A DNA stretch of 63,037 nucleotides, the filler included, from Octopus bimaculoides (Eukaryota): the NCBI RefSeq assembly GCF_001194135.2. It is 8 parts of 8 records of this genome, joined end to end, with 100 filler letters (N's around TTAATTAATTAA, not from the genome) between each part and the next. Parts side by side here need not be neighbours in the genome. Positions count along the whole stretch, not along the records: positions 19,986 to 39,647 come from NC_068984.1; positions 39,748 to 41,736 come from NC_068995.1; 6 more parts are not named here. One strand, written 5' to 3'. Of this stretch, positions 26,420 through 40,193 are shown in pieces. Position 1 is the first letter of the stretch; each line of letters begins with the position of its first letter. The notes below the pieces were generated by a model. The model saw nothing but the letters and a program-made list of their open reading frames with translations, was not told where the DNA came from and did not search any database. The position numbers and the translations under genes are program-made.

Positions 26420-27569
26420 GCGTAAGGAGATCTATTTTTCATTGAAACTGTTGTTTGACGTAGTTGCACGTATCTCTTGGATAGTATATAGGAAAGCAAG
26501 GCAGTCAATGCAATGATAACATATTGAAAAACAGGTCCCAGCTCAACTAGAATAAATATTTTAGGATAAGTGACTACTGCTCATGCATCACTAACAGTAT
26601 ATTAGTATTAGTAAGAGTCTAGAATGCGTAAAACTTGACACTCCCGTCATAAAACAAACTATATTTGTTATAATCTAAATCCGTTTCAAATGCGAATATT
26701 GATTTTGCTTAAGCCTGGTATTCTTCTGCACAAATTTGAGAATATTTTGCTTGCTTACTTTTAAAATGGAACAAAAATTTCAGCATAGATGAAACCAACC
26801 TGGTTTGTTCGGCATTGAGGCGGATAAGTTCGGTATAATCACTGGTGTATGACAATGCGAGGACGATATTCTGAATGAGTTATGCATTTAATACAAAATA
26901 TCCCAGAACCGAAGTTTCAGAAATAGGAATAGATAACGTTTGTTAATTCATTGATTTATTTCATACCTTTAAATGACATAACTTACATCACGTATCGACT
27001 TATAAACAATCAAATGCTTCTCTAGCCTTATGCACAATGGAGTAGATATCGAGCTTATAACGGTAATCAACAATATTGAATAAATACAGAGATTTAGTAT
27101 CTTCATGCTCTCCCTTGCTTATGTACCTACTTAAACCATAACAGTTCCTAAATAATGTAAATATAAAATCCTGTTTCAAGATGAGGTTTTGTTATAATGA
27201 CCTTTCCTATTCAAATGATATTTCACAGATTGTTGGGAACAAAGTTAAGTTTACATCTCTATGCAAAAAGCAAAAAAAAAAAGAAAAGAAAATAGGACAA
27301 AAATTATTAATTTACTAAATTAGAACATTCTCTCAACGCCAAATATCTCGATTTTGAATAGAATGGAAGTAATATTCTCTACAGCATTTCACTATATTTC
27401 CGTAACAGTCAACATAACTTTGTTCAAAGAAAGAGATGTGCACAAACACGCATCTATACATGCATACTACATACATATGTAAACACACGCACACACACTT
27501 ATATACGTATGTATGTGTATCTATCTGTCTCTGTCTCTCCCTCTCTCTCTTTCTCTCTCTCTCTCTTTG

Positions 27570-27625
<56 letters not shown>

Positions 27626-28111
27626 TACACACACATATATATAGTCGTGTGACACACACACATATATATATATATATAGTCGTTTGAACTAATATGCATA
27701 TTAGTTCAAACAAACATGCAACCAGACACGAGCAATTATGCGTGCAGAGAGGTTTCAATAAATGCATAAATATTCAAATTCACACGGCAAACTTTCAGAT
27801 GGATAAACACCAAAAATATAAGAATTTATGAGAAATTTTTCGCTTCAAATCAAATGCAACGAAAAATAGCACCTCCTGCATTTTTACTTGGAAACAAATA
27901 CGAAGGTGAAAGTCTAAGGGAAATTATCGAAAGATACATTTGAAGGCAAGGCTAATTGTAATTTAGGATGAAATTTCCAATACTCAATATATGTGTGTAT
28001 ATGTGTGATTGATTATGCTTGTACACGTTTTGGAGAGAAGTGTAAAGCCTACATCTCTGGACTTAAACATATGAGTAAGATACATGAGATAGCAACAGCT
28101 GACATTACATA

Positions 28112-28157
<46 letters not shown>

Positions 28158-28296
28158 NNNNNNNNNNNNNNNNNNNNNNNNNNNNNNNNNNNNNNNNNNN
28201 NNNNNNNNNNNNNNNNNNNNNNNNNNNNNNNNNNNNNNNNNNNNNNNNNNNNNNNNNNNNNNNNNNNNNNNNNNNNNNNNNNNNNNNNNNNNNNNN

Positions 28297-28340
<44 letters not shown>

Positions 28341-28355
28341 TGTATCTATGTCCCA

Positions 28356-28398
<43 letters not shown>

Positions 28399-28710
28399 TC
28401 TCTTCCTCTCTCTTTCCATTACTCTTTATCTCTCATCTCAGGTCTTTCTCTATCTCTCCCTTCTCCCTTTCTCTCTCTCTTTCTCCTTCATACTTTATCT
28501 CTCTCTCCCCTTCACGCTTTATCTCTCTCCCTTCTCTCTTTATCTCTCTCTCTCTCTGAATTTACTACTAGAAACAATGGATACATGTTTTAAAGTTTAA
28601 TTTATTAGGCCTAATCTTATGATTCACTAAAGAGACCGCGGGTCCGATTAATTTCACGCAACATATCGTATATGTATGTTCGTGTATATGTGTACACATA
28701 TTCACGCATA

Positions 28711-28766
<56 letters not shown>

Positions 28767-29711
28767 AAATATGCGTGTTCGCATGTGATTTTGTACGTGC
28801 ATGTGTACGCATATTAAATTAATTATATTGTACATTATCGAGCGTGGAAAATGAAATTCCTCGTAAATATCAATGCAGTGTAAATTTATTGCGTAATAAA
28901 TTTCCTTTTCACAACGATCTCATCTGAAGGGGTCATAGATATCCATCACTGCACTGTTCTTTTTATTTTGTATGATATCGCATTTATACCATTTGTTTAT
29001 CTATGTTATGAGGATATTAAAATTATGTGCTTCAATAACTTCAGCATTGAACTTGTATCGTCTGGGCTCATATCTTGTGAATGGAAATCAGTTTATGTTA
29101 CGTTTATGACTTATTTTTTAATATTCTTCCAGCAGTGTTCTTGTTATTATGGGCTTTCAAATGTAAAGCCTAGTTTGGTTTTTTTACGGCTTAGTTGCAT
29201 TTAGATTTGGGTTACCTATGCTCAGTTCACCACTTCGGTCCGATGTGGAGGTCATGGATTTGAGCTTGATTTTGACTAGCTTATTCTGTCATACAGTCTC
29301 AGCATGGCTTGGCAAAGAAGTGCAGGCTTCATACTCTTATTCAGGAGTAGCTAAGTCGATTACCTCGACCCCGGTGCTCAAACTCAGATACATGCAATAA
29401 TTACTTTTGATTTGTTTTAGAATATTTGTATGGAATACTTGTGACTAGAAATGCTGCTTTTGTATGTCGTTTATTTGCTTAAATCCATGTTTTTCTCACA
29501 TGTTTTTTCTGGTTCTATCTTTTAATTCTCCTCTCCACTCGTCAACAAAATGTTTGTGTTTTGCAGTTTTTTTAACATAATCTTCGGAAGGATTGACTGT
29601 CATAGACAAAGAGATAACCAGAATGTGGAAACTGAGATTGAATCAATTACTAATTTGTAATTCTTCGCCATTAACATGTCACTATTATTACATTGAATAC
29701 TGCCAAAATGC

Positions 29712-29925
29712 GGCGATGTGATAGAATTGAGAGCACGCCAGGCAAAATGCTTAGCGGCATTTCGTCCGAATTTATGTTTTGAGTTCAAATTCCGTCGAGG
29801 TCTACTTTATGTTTCATTTTTTCGGGGTCGGTAAAATAAGAATGAGCTAAGCATTGGAATCGATGTAAGTAACTCCCCGCTCCACCCCGAACTTACAGGC
29901 CTCGTACCAAAGTTTGAAACCATTA
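29712..29925 (+). mobile_element. SINE family B copy
   Basis: GCACGCCAGGCAAAATGCTTAGCGGCATTTCGTCC...GAGTTCAAATTCCGTCGAGGTC...CGGGGTCGGTAAAATAAG. Confidence 0.8.
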
Positions 29926-30186
29926 TCTTTAGATTAACCATGGTCTGCAATAGATGATTCATAAACAGAAGCACGAGTAATTTGCGTATTATTAGTCAAT
30001 TCATGAAATGCTACCCGTTAATATTCTCTGCTGTTGCTATTTGCACTAGATGACTTGTGTTTCTGTTACCTTCTGATGCGTGGAAAACTTCAGATTTAAA
30101 AGATTCGTAAACAGCGACAAATGGCAGTCCCTGACACATATACAACTCACACAAACAAAGCACTGAATATTGGCTTGACTCTAGAG

Positions 30187-30487
30187 CACAGATTCTAAAA
30201 GTGGGCGCTAAAGCCTCCCACCTCACTCACCCCATCCCCGGTGGGCGTTGAGCCGGTCCAGATGGATGTTGGTGCATTAAGAGGCGGTGGTGGAGTGTTG
30301 GAGCGGTAGATAAAAAGGAGTCGTTGGGAGGACTCTATGACTTTATTAAAATATTATTATAGTATTGTATACAAATTATATAATACATTAAATATCAAAT
30401 GATTCATAGTATGTATAAATTACTAAAATATAAAATATTTATATATACACGAAAAATAGGGGCACCCAAAAAGTTTGAGAACCTCTG
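30187..30487. mobile_element. hAT (Charlie-like) MITE with 8-bp TSD CTCTAGAG
   Basis: CTCTAGAG at 30179-30186 and 30488-30495. Termini CACAGATTCTAAAA versus CAGAGGTTCTCAAA (11 of 14 match). Confidence 0.75.
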
Positions 30488-30759
30488 CTCTAGAGTGAAT
30501 AGTCAGTGAAATGGCCAAGGGTAACGTAATGTGAATGGCAATCAAATTTACCCTTACATTTCAAGCCCCCACCGCAGTTTCTGAAGCAATCCTACATCTA
30601 GGAAGGTATGTGCAAGGAAATTACCAACCAAAGGGGAAAATACATTGCGAAAAGGTTAAAAAGTTACCCGCTTGTATGCATAGATTTATATTAGTATCAA
30701 GACAGTATCATAATATTAATTCTAATTACACGTCTATATATATATATATATATATATAT

Positions 30760-30895
30760 CAAATCCGCTCACAAGGATTTGGTCGGCCCGAGGTTATAGT
30801 AGAAGACACTTGCCCAAGGTGCCACGCAGTGGGAGTGAACCCGGAACCATGTAGTTGGTAAGCAAGCAACTTACCACACAGCCACTCCTGCGCCT
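30760..30895 (-). mobile_element. SINE family A, 5' half
   Basis: Reverse complement of the AGGCGCAGGAGTGGCTGTGTGGTAAG...GGTTCCGGGTTCA head. Confidence 0.9.
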
Positions 30896-31561
30896 ACATA
30901 ATAATAATAANNNNNNNNNNNNNNNNNNNNNNNNNNNNNNNNNNNNNNNNNNNNNNNNNNNNNNNNNNNNNNNNNNNNNNNNNNNNNNNNNNNNNNNNNN
31001 NNNNNNNNNNNNNNNNNNNNNNNNNNNNNNNNNNNNNNNNNNNNNNNNNNNNNNNNNNNNNNNNNNNNNNNNNNNNNNNNNNNNNNNNNNNNNNNNNNNN
31101 NNNNNNNNNNNNNNNNNNNNNNNNNNNNNNNNNNNNNNNNNNNNNNNNNNNNNNNNNNNNNNNNNNNNNNNNNNNNNNNNNNNNNNNNNNNNNNNNNNNN
31201 NNNNNNNNNNNNNNNNNNNNNNNNNNNNNNNNNNNNNNNNNNNNNNNNNNNNNNNNNNNNNNNNNNNNNNNNNNNNNNNNNNNNNNNNNNNNNNNNNNNN
31301 NNNNNNNNNNNNNNNNNNNNNNNNNNNNNNNNNNNNNNNNNNNNNNNNNNNNNNNNNNNNNNNNNNNNNNNNNNNNNNNNNNNNNNNNNNNNNNNNNNNN
31401 NNNNNNNNNNNNNNNNNNNNNNNNNNNNNNNNNNNNNNNNNNNNNNNNNNNNNNNNNNNNNNNNNNNNNNNNNNNNNNNNNNNNNNNNNNNNNNNNNNNN
31501 NNNNNNNNNNNNNNNNNNNNNNNNNNNNNNNNNNNNNNNNNNNNNNNNNNNNNNNNNNNNN

Positions 31562-31587
31562 GTAGTAGTAGTAGTAGTAGTAGTAGC

Positions 31588-31620
<33 letters not shown>

Positions 31621-31633
31621 CAGCAGCAGCAGC

Positions 31634-31703
<70 letters not shown>

Positions 31704-31960
31704 TGGTAGCAGTAGTTGCAGCAGCAGCCGTAGTAGTTTGAGCAGCAGCAGCGGCTGTAGTAGTATTATTATTGGTAGTGTTATTATTAGCGGTGGTAGA
31801 GGAGGTGGTATTAGTGGTGTTATTATTGCGGTTATTAATAGTTGCCTTTGTGCTAGGCGTGTTAATAATAGTGCGATTTTCAGTAACGGTAATATTGCTG
31901 TTGATATTAATATTGGTATTAACATTCATATTATTGCTATTCCTATTTGTAGTTGAAGTA
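31562..31960. repeat. Compound (TAG)/(CAG)/(TAT) trinucleotide array decaying into low-complexity DNA
   Basis: Direct observation. It explains the poly-T/Y/L/N pseudo-ORFs. Confidence 0.9.
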
Positions 31961-32615
31961 TATGCATTATTGTGCGTAGTGCTTATAATATAATTAGCAT
32001 TGTTAGTGTCAGCGTGCCTAGGCTTCAGATGCGTACCCATCACATCAGTCATATACTACTCTCTCTAAATTCCTTTCATTTTGCTCTATTTTACTCTATT
32101 TTCTTACCCTATTTTCCTCTAACTCCTCACCCTCTCTCTTATCTTCTCGGCTACCTCGTATACAATTCTTTGACACTACATACCAATGCACCTTACTTTA
32201 TCCTATAGCCAATCCTTAAATTCCCCTCACCTCACTCTGTCTACCTCTCTTTCTATTTCTTTTCTTTTCATTACGTTTACCACTTAATAGCAACCTCCGC
32301 TAGCATTCTGTTGTAGAACGTTGATATGTTCGAGTCTTTTTTCATGGGATGTCTACTATTTCAGGATTTTAACCCAATGGATATTCGCAGGATTACACCT
32401 AACAACTTACACTCATGGATCTACGCAGGATTGCACCTGAGGACTCATGCTCTGGTTTCTATAACTTAAGAAAGTTGAACTATGAACTTTCATGCTTAAT
32501 TTTTCTTCTTTGTTTCCATCTCCTTATTCTTTTACTCCCATTCTGTTATTTAATTCCTCCATGGTGTTATTTAATTAATATATACCATTATCATTTTCCC
32601 CATTTTCCCCCTATT

Positions 32616-32673
32616 TGTCTCTGATGACGGAAAATCCCATATTCGGTGATATCCCAGAAACAGCTGTAAGATA
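32616..32673 (+). ncRNA. Type I hammerhead ribozyme-like motif
   Basis: TGTCT-CTGATGA-[loop with GGA/TCC]-GAAAC-AGCT-GTA-AGATA. Stem I UGUCU/AGAUA, palindromic helix III ACAGCUGU. Helix II is imperfect. Confidence 0.55.
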
Positions 32674-33493
32674 TTGAATTTCTTCCTATAATAATATTGT
32701 ATACGACTTGAGATATTTGCCTTACCTTAATGTTTGCTGTCCTGTCTAACAATTATATATATATATATATNNNNNNNNNNNNNNNNNNNNNNNNNNNNNN
32801 NNNNNNNNNNNNNNNNNNNNNNNNNNNNNNNNNNNNNNNNNNNNNNNNNNNNNNNNNNNNNNNNNNNNNNNNNNNNNNNNNNNNNNNNNNNNNNNNNNNN
32901 NNNNNNNNNNNNNNNNNNNNNNNNNNNNNNNNNNNNNNNNNNNNNNNNNNNNNNNNNNNNNNNNNNNNNNNNNNNNNNNNNNNNNNNNNNNNNNNNNNNN
33001 NNNNNNNNNNNNNNNNNNNNNNNNNNNNNNNNNNNNNNNNNNNNNNNNNNNNNNNNNNNNNNNNNNNNNNNNNNNNNNNNNNNNNNNNNNNNNNNNNNNN
33101 NNNNNNNNNNNNNNNNNNNNNNNNNNNNNNNNNNNNNNNNNNNNNNNNNNNNNNNNNNNNNNNNNNNNNNNNNNNNNNNNNNNNNNNNNNNNNNNNNNNN
33201 NNNNNNNNNNNNNNNNNNNNNNNNNNNNNNNNNNNNNNNNNNNNNNNNNNNNNNNNNNNNNNNNNNNNNNNNNNNNNNNNNNNNNNNNNNNNNNNNNNNN
33301 NNNNNNNNNNNNNNNNNNNNNNNNNNNNNNNNNNNNNNNNNNNNNNNNNNNNNNNNNNNNNNNNNNNNNNNNNNNNNNNNNNNNNNNNNNNNNNNNNNNN
33401 NNNNNNNNNNNNNNNNNNNNNNNNNNNNNNNNNNNNNNNNNNNNNNNNNNNNNNNNNNNNNNNNNNNNNNNNNNNNNNNNNNNNNNNNNNNNN

Positions 33494-33533
<40 letters not shown>

Positions 33534-35745
33534 CGTACATACATATATATATGTATATATGTATGTATTATGTATTTATGTATATGTGTGTGTATTATGT
33601 AGATATACAATTGTGAGTGTTTCTCAAGGTATGTGTAATGCCATATAAAATCATTGATGGATAAATATATATAAACACATTCAGAAAGTGTTGCAAATAA
33701 TTTATTAAGTCGAATAATAGTATTTATCCTTCAATATGTATGTGTATGCGTGTCCGTTCATTAGGTGGGTGTTTGCGTCGTGTGTGAGTGGATGTCATGT
33801 TTATATGCGTATGTGAGAATATATGTGTATATGAGAATATTAAGTATCACTTGAGTATACGTAACAAGTGCCAATAATTTGCAACAATATAATAAATTGA
33901 AATACTATTCTCACTCTCGTCTTAATAACAACTTTCAATTACAGAATGATCAGTAAACATGTAATGTCGAGTAATAATATATGTTAGACTATTTGATTAA
34001 AAACCAATTATTGAAAATACACATAGAAAATGGTAATTAACCTTTTCTAGATTCTTCTTATTAATATCCAATGATATAGAAATTCACAAACATACTTTTT
34101 ACATGTTTATCTATATCTTATTATTTTTGTTTAATTTGTCGTACATACTCCTGACATAATATAAACTTGTTCGGAATTGAGTTTTATAATTTTCAATAGC
34201 AGTGCTATTTTTATGGAAATGATAGGATTACAATTTATGAGTTAATGTTATATTTCTTTTCTTGTACTGATTCCAGCCATGTAGGGAAATAGTCATTAAG
34301 ACTGAAAATAATAGTGGTAATTAAACGCATGTCTCTGAATACAAATTCAGAAGACCGCGGCCCAGCGAAGTTTTAATCTTCATAGTAATATTATTGCAGT
34401 ATTATGGGACAAAGACTTGGAATTATATACTACATATGGAAATTTGAATTTCTCCACTTCTTTCTACTACCAAGCAACATTTATATTATAAAGACTATTT
34501 TGTCTGTCTGTTCGCCCGTATGTCTCCCTGTTAGACGCTGAGATCAAGAGGATTTTCTATTTTTTTTTTTTAATCTTTTGCTCAGGATCCTGACGGAGGT
34601 GTTAGACCAGACGACTATGTTTAGTCTACTATCCCAAGAACCACAGCAGAATTTGAACTCAGAAGATAATAGTCAGAACGCGTGCTGTAAAGTCGGTCAC
34701 TTTTTTTTCAGTTCCACAACTGCGCTGCCCTGTATTGGTATTTACTATCGACCAGAATACAATGAAAGGCAAAACTTTACAACGATGTTGTTTGAACTTA
34801 CACCACAGAATTGCAACAAATATTGCATGGCACCTTCTATGTCCAACTTTTTGACAACTCTTCCAGTTTGCCGCCTGTAGAAACGAAACACAATAAAGAA
34901 ATAAGTAAATAGATAAATAAATATACAACGGATTGTTTTCAATTTATTCATTGAATTCACATATTCAAACTAAGGAAAGGGTGCCAATGATTTTCGAAGT
35001 CTCTCTTCAAAAGGCCAACATCGATTTACTTTTAAAAGATTGCTTATTACCTATAGGGCCTTCTTTTAGTTTTATGTCGCTAATCTTGAATCAAGGACAA
35101 ATTTAAAGAGGCGCAGTTTGTTTCATCTACATCCAGTATTCACACACGGAAGACAATTATATGTTACTATCAACAATGTAGGCAATTGAAAAGACCATGA
35201 AAACTTGCAGATGAAAGAGACTACAACCACATAGCCAGAAAGACGTATCCTAATGTTGAATAGAGAAGATTAAATAAAAACGTTGATTAAGCAGAAGTTA
35301 TCTAAATATATATAAATATAGTATATATATATCTACTGAGTTTCTTTAAATAGTATTATTTATGAAGTATTTCCAAAGAAACACAAACTAAATTTTAATA
35401 ATATACCAAAACGAAAAGCATCTGAATTGACATACATTTTTCTGAATAAAGAAAATATAGGCAAACTTAATAAGTTTCTAATTCTTTCCAAGAATTTTTG
35501 TATTTCAACTGAATATACTTCATATGGCAAACAGCTGAATGTAACATTTTGCCTTTTTACAGTCTAGTTGCAAAGAAAGATAGGACACTTTCTAGTCTTC
35601 ATTTTTACCCTAACATTTTACTTAATCCTTGCAATATTCTACATTTCATACTGACTTTTCCTCCACCTCCTCCCCTCTTCTTTCCTCCGTTCCACCTTCT
35701 CTTTCACACTTCGTTTCTCTCACTATTCTTTCACCCTTTGTGTTT

Positions 35746-35776
<31 letters not shown>

Positions 35777-35777
35777 A

Positions 35778-35829
<52 letters not shown>

Positions 35830-36644
35830 NNNNNNNNNNNNNNNNNNNNNNNNNNNNNNNNNNNNNNNNNNNNNNNNNNNNNNNNNNNNNNNNNNNNNNN
35901 NNNNNNNNNNNNNNNNNNNNNNNNNNNNNNNNNNNNNNNNNNNNNNNNNNNNNNNNNNNNNNNNNNNNNNNNNNNNNNNNNNNNNNNNNNNNNNNNNNNN
36001 NNNNNNNNNNNNNNNNNNNNNNNNNNNNNNNNNNNNNNNNNNNNNNNNNNNNNNNNNNNNNNNNNNNNNNNNNNNNNNNNNNNNNNNNNNNNNNNNNNNN
36101 NNNNNNNNNNNNNNNNNNNNNNNNNNNNNNNNNNNNNNNNNNNNNNNNNNNNNNNNNNNNNNNNNNNNNNNNNNNNNNNNNNNNNNNNNNNNNNNNNNNN
36201 NNNNNNNNNNNNNNNNNNNNNNNNNNNNNNNNNNNNNNNNNNNNNNNNNNNNNNNNNNNNNNNNNNNNNNNNNNNNNNNNNNNNNNNNNNNNNNNNNNNN
36301 NNNNNNNNNNNNNNNNNNNNNNNNNNNNNNNNNNNNNNNNNNNNNNNNNNNNNNNNNNNNNNNNNNNNNNNNNNNNNNNNNNNNNNNNNNNNNNNNNNNN
36401 NNNNNNNNNNNNNNNNNNNNNNNNNNNNNNNNNNNNNNNNNNNNNNNNNNNNNNNNNNNNNNNNNNNNNNNNNNNNNNNNNNNNNNNNNNNNNNNNNNNN
36501 NNNNNNNNNNNNNNNNNNNNNNNNNNNNNNNNNNNNNNNNNNNNNNNNNNNNNNNNNNNNNNNNNNNNNNNNNNNNNNNNNNNNNNNNNNNNNNNNNNNN
36601 NNNNNNNNNNNNNNNTATATATATGATACTAGTTATATCCTCAT

Positions 36645-36807
36645 AGGCGCAGGAGTGGCTGTGTGGTATGTAGCTCGCTTACCAGCCACATGGTTCTGGT
36701 TCAGTCCCACTGCGTAGCACCTTGGCAAGTGTCTTCTACTATGTAATCAGGCCGACCAAAGTCTTTTGAGTGGAATTAGTAGAAGGAAACTGAAAGAAGC
36801 AGGTCGT
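36645..36807 (+). mobile_element. SINE family A, 5' half
   Basis: AGGCGCAGGAGTGGCTGTGTGG...GGTTCAGTCCCACTGCG...GGAAACTGAAAGAAGC. Confidence 0.9.
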
Positions 36808-36829
36808 AAACATTAAATTATCAAGCAAC

Positions 36830-39000
36830 TTGCAAAGATTCCGAGATGCTATAGAAAGTATCAATCTTGACCCAAACAATATATGGGAAGATTTCAAAAC
36901 AAATGTATTTCAGGCTGCAAGTTCGTCAGTGGGATTTAAATCACGTAAGTCCAGTAACTGGTTCTCAGGTAGATATTGAGAAATTCATGATCTACTTTTA
37001 GAAAAACAGAACTTAGGCAATATACTTCTTTCTCCGTCCTAGAACCCCAACTCAATCGAAGCTTACAAATAGCTGAAAAGCAAAGTGCAGACTGCTCTTA
37101 GAAAAATCAAACAGGAATGGCAGAATGATAGAGCAAAAGGGGCACATAGGCAGCTGACAGCCATGATGCCAAGGGTTTGTACTCTTATGTTAAGGAAGTA
37201 TATGGCCCAAACTCTCCTTCAATAGCTCCACTGAGAACAGTAAATTGACGGTTACTTCTGACTGACACCACGTTTATTCTGCACTTTTCAATGGACCATC
37301 ATCCGCTTACATGAGGATGAGAGAAAACAAATCGAACACCTTCCAGTTCTAGAAGAGAAGACATTAGAACCAACTCTAAATATTTATTTAGCTGTCTTGA
37401 AGTAGATAGGTGTCTTGAAATATGGGGGTGGCAAAATGTTTGAACACTTGAATATATTAATTTGTCACTGTTTGAGAACTGAAAAAGTTCCACAAGATTG
37501 GATGCCATTTTAGTCTCCTTGTATAAATCGGGCCAATGTTCTGTGTGGTAATTTTCGTGGGATTTCGCTTTTTTCTGTGGTTGGAAAGTTATTGCTCGCA
37601 TTTTGTTAGAGCGTTTAAATAACTTCATAGTTCCAAATATAGTTTCTGAGTCTCAGTGTAATTTTCGTTCCTCCAGGTGCACAGCTGATGGTATCTTTAC
37701 TATCACACAATTACAAGAAAAGTGTATTGAACAGAATCTTGATCTATACCATTGCTTTGTTGCTTTGAGCAAAACATCGATACTGTTAATTGAAATGCTC
37801 TGTGGATAATTCTAAGGAAAATAGGTTGCCAGAAAAATGTGTAAACATGATCAGGGGTTTGCATCAAGATATGAAAGCTAGAGTTAACTTTGGTGGGAAA
37901 TGGTGTAAAGCAAGGAGATCTTGGTGCACCCACCTTCTTTGCAAATTACTTTGCTGTTGTGTTGTCGCATGCTTTTCAATTCTCTGAAAAGTGTATTTGC
38001 ATAAAATATCGAACAACAGGGAATGTTTTCAATCTGACCAGACTGAAGGCTTTTACGTCACTCACTAGGGAACATTTATACGCTGACGATTACGATCTTG
38101 TCAGTCATTCTGAAACAGGTCTGCAATCTCTTGCATCTGCATTTAACTTAGCTTGTGATGATTTTGGCTTGACCATCAACTTGAAAAAATAAACAGTTGT
38201 AATGCATCAACCTGCGTGTGGTGCTGTTTGTAACCCCCCCCCTGAAATTTTTGTAAAGGGTAAGTTACTTGAAGCTGTCGATTCGTTCATCTAACGAGGA
38301 AGCTCTGTACAAAATGATGGAAATCTTGATAGAGAAAAACATCTGCGAATTCAAAGGGCACCAAAAGCATTTGTTGGCTTGAAGTCACGCGTTTGGTGCC
38401 AGCGACATATAAATAAGAATAAAAATCTGGCTCTTACAAATCATTTGTCTTACCATCCCTATTGTATTCTTGTGAAACATGGACTTGTTATGAATGACAT
38501 TTTAAATTGTTAGAAGAATTCCACCAAAAATGCCTTCATCTCATTTTAAACATTAAATGGAGTTCTTTTACTCCAAACACAGATGTCCTTGCGTCTGCAG
38601 GCATCACTTCAATTAAAGCTATGATTTTGAGGAACTAAATGAGATGGTGTGGCCATATTGTTCGAATGGCGGATGAACGCATGCCGAAATAGCTTTTTAT
38701 GGTGAACTTACAGAGAGGAAACGCTATTGGCGTAAACCTAAAGATTTAAGGACGACATAAGGGCTACTATGAAGTCACTTCGAATGGATCCAGATGACAT
38801 AGACCCCTTGCTTCGGATCGAGTTGGATGGTGAACAAAAGTGTGGAGTGGAGTGAAAGCGTTTGAAAAGGAGAGGATAACGCATGTAAGACTCTCAGGAA
38901 GACTGTTACGATCAAGAAGATGAATGACAATGACACATTTTTGTGCAGTTTGTGACAGAACATGCCTTTCTTTCGCTGGGCTCAAATATTATTTGTGAAC
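36830..39000 (+). mobile_element. RTE/BovB-type LINE, 5'-truncated and decayed (RT domain to C-terminal Cys motif)
   Basis: VSESQCNFRSSRCTADGIFTITQLQEKCIEQNLDLY; GVKQG..APTFF; HLYADD; FGLTINLKK; terminal C..C..CLS..GL motif. Many stops and frameshifts. Confidence 0.92.
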
Positions 39001-39301
39001 TCATGGAAAACGAAACTCCACCAACTATTCTCCCTATATGTCTGAGCACACCTTTCAATGCAGTGTATGCCAGAAGGTTTGCAAATCTAACTGAGGCTTC
39101 AAAAGACGTTTTAAGATCCAAAAATCAGAACTTATCTGCAGCTCTTTGTGATCCAAATCTGAGTTGAAATGGTATCGATGTAGGCATTCCCTACCACATT
39201 TTCGTGGTCGATAAAATAAGTACCAGTTTATTAGTCGAGTAAATTTAATCTATTTCTTCTTCGACTCAAAATTACTGGTGCTGTACTGGAAATTAGAAGG
39301 A

Positions 39302-39313
39302 ATTATTATTATG

Positions 39314-39352
<39 letters not shown>

Positions 39353-39647
39353 GTTCGGTAGTTTTATTTTTATAACGTGCTTTCATTTCACTACCGAGCG
39401 CAGCTCTGTGCGCCTTGGGTATGTGCTGTGGTTTGCTGTGGTGCTCTTATGGTTACTGTATTGAAAGTGTTTTCCGTAGGATGTGTACAGTGCCCAGTAG
39501 TGCAATTTTCTGTATGTTATACATATTTGTAAGTCCTGGTGTTTTTGTTATGTATTTGTCTGAATATTTTTTTATTATACCTAAGGCACCTACTATAATA
39601 GGAATTGTTTCTGTTTTTAGATTCCACATTCGAGTTACCCCTATTTC
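39302..39647 (-). mobile_element. R4/Dong-type (RLE) LINE 3' end with (TAA)n tail
   Basis: EIGVTRMWNLKTETIPIIVGALGIIKK...IQKIALLGTVHILRKTLSIQ*, then 3'UTR and (TAA)n. Confidence 0.8.
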
Positions 39648-39747
39648 NNNNNNNNNNNNNNNNNNNNNNNNNNNNNNNNNNNNNNNNNNNNTTAATTAAT
39701 TAANNNNNNNNNNNNNNNNNNNNNNNNNNNNNNNNNNNNNNNNNNNN

Positions 39748-40193
39748 GCAAGTTTGATTCCCAACCACATGGTTCCGGGTTCAGTCCACTGTGTGGCACC
39801 TTGGGTAAATGTCTTTTAAATGTCTATTAGAACCTCGGCCCAACAAGGCGTTGTGGATGAATTTGATAGATGGAAGCTGAAAGCCCGTTTTATATATGTA
39901 TGTGTGCGCGTGAGTCTTTGTGTGCGTGTGCGTGTGTGTGTGTGTGCATGTGTGTGTGCGTGTGTGTGTGTGTGTGTGTATGTGTGTGTGTGTGTGCGTG
40001 TGTGTGTTTGGCCCCACCGCCACTTGATAGCTGCTGTTTTCATCCCCGTAAACTAGCGGTTCAGCCAAAGAAACCGATAGTGTAAGCACCAGACTTTAAA
40101 AAGAAAATAAGTACTATGGTCAATTTGTTCGACTATAATACCTCAAGGTAGTGCCCCAGCATGGCCGTAGTCTAATAACTGAAACAAGTAAAA
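39748..40193 (+). mobile_element. SINE family A, nearly full length with internal (TG)n
   Basis: Head, core and tail GTGCCCCAGCATGGCCGTAG...CTGAAACAAGTAAAAG are colinear with the 45714 copy. Confidence 0.85.

Noticed and set aside
30871-32052. 393-aa Thr/Asn/Ala/Tyr-rich mucin-like ORF
   Set aside because: It is produced by trinucleotide arrays and a gap, with no splice or domain support.
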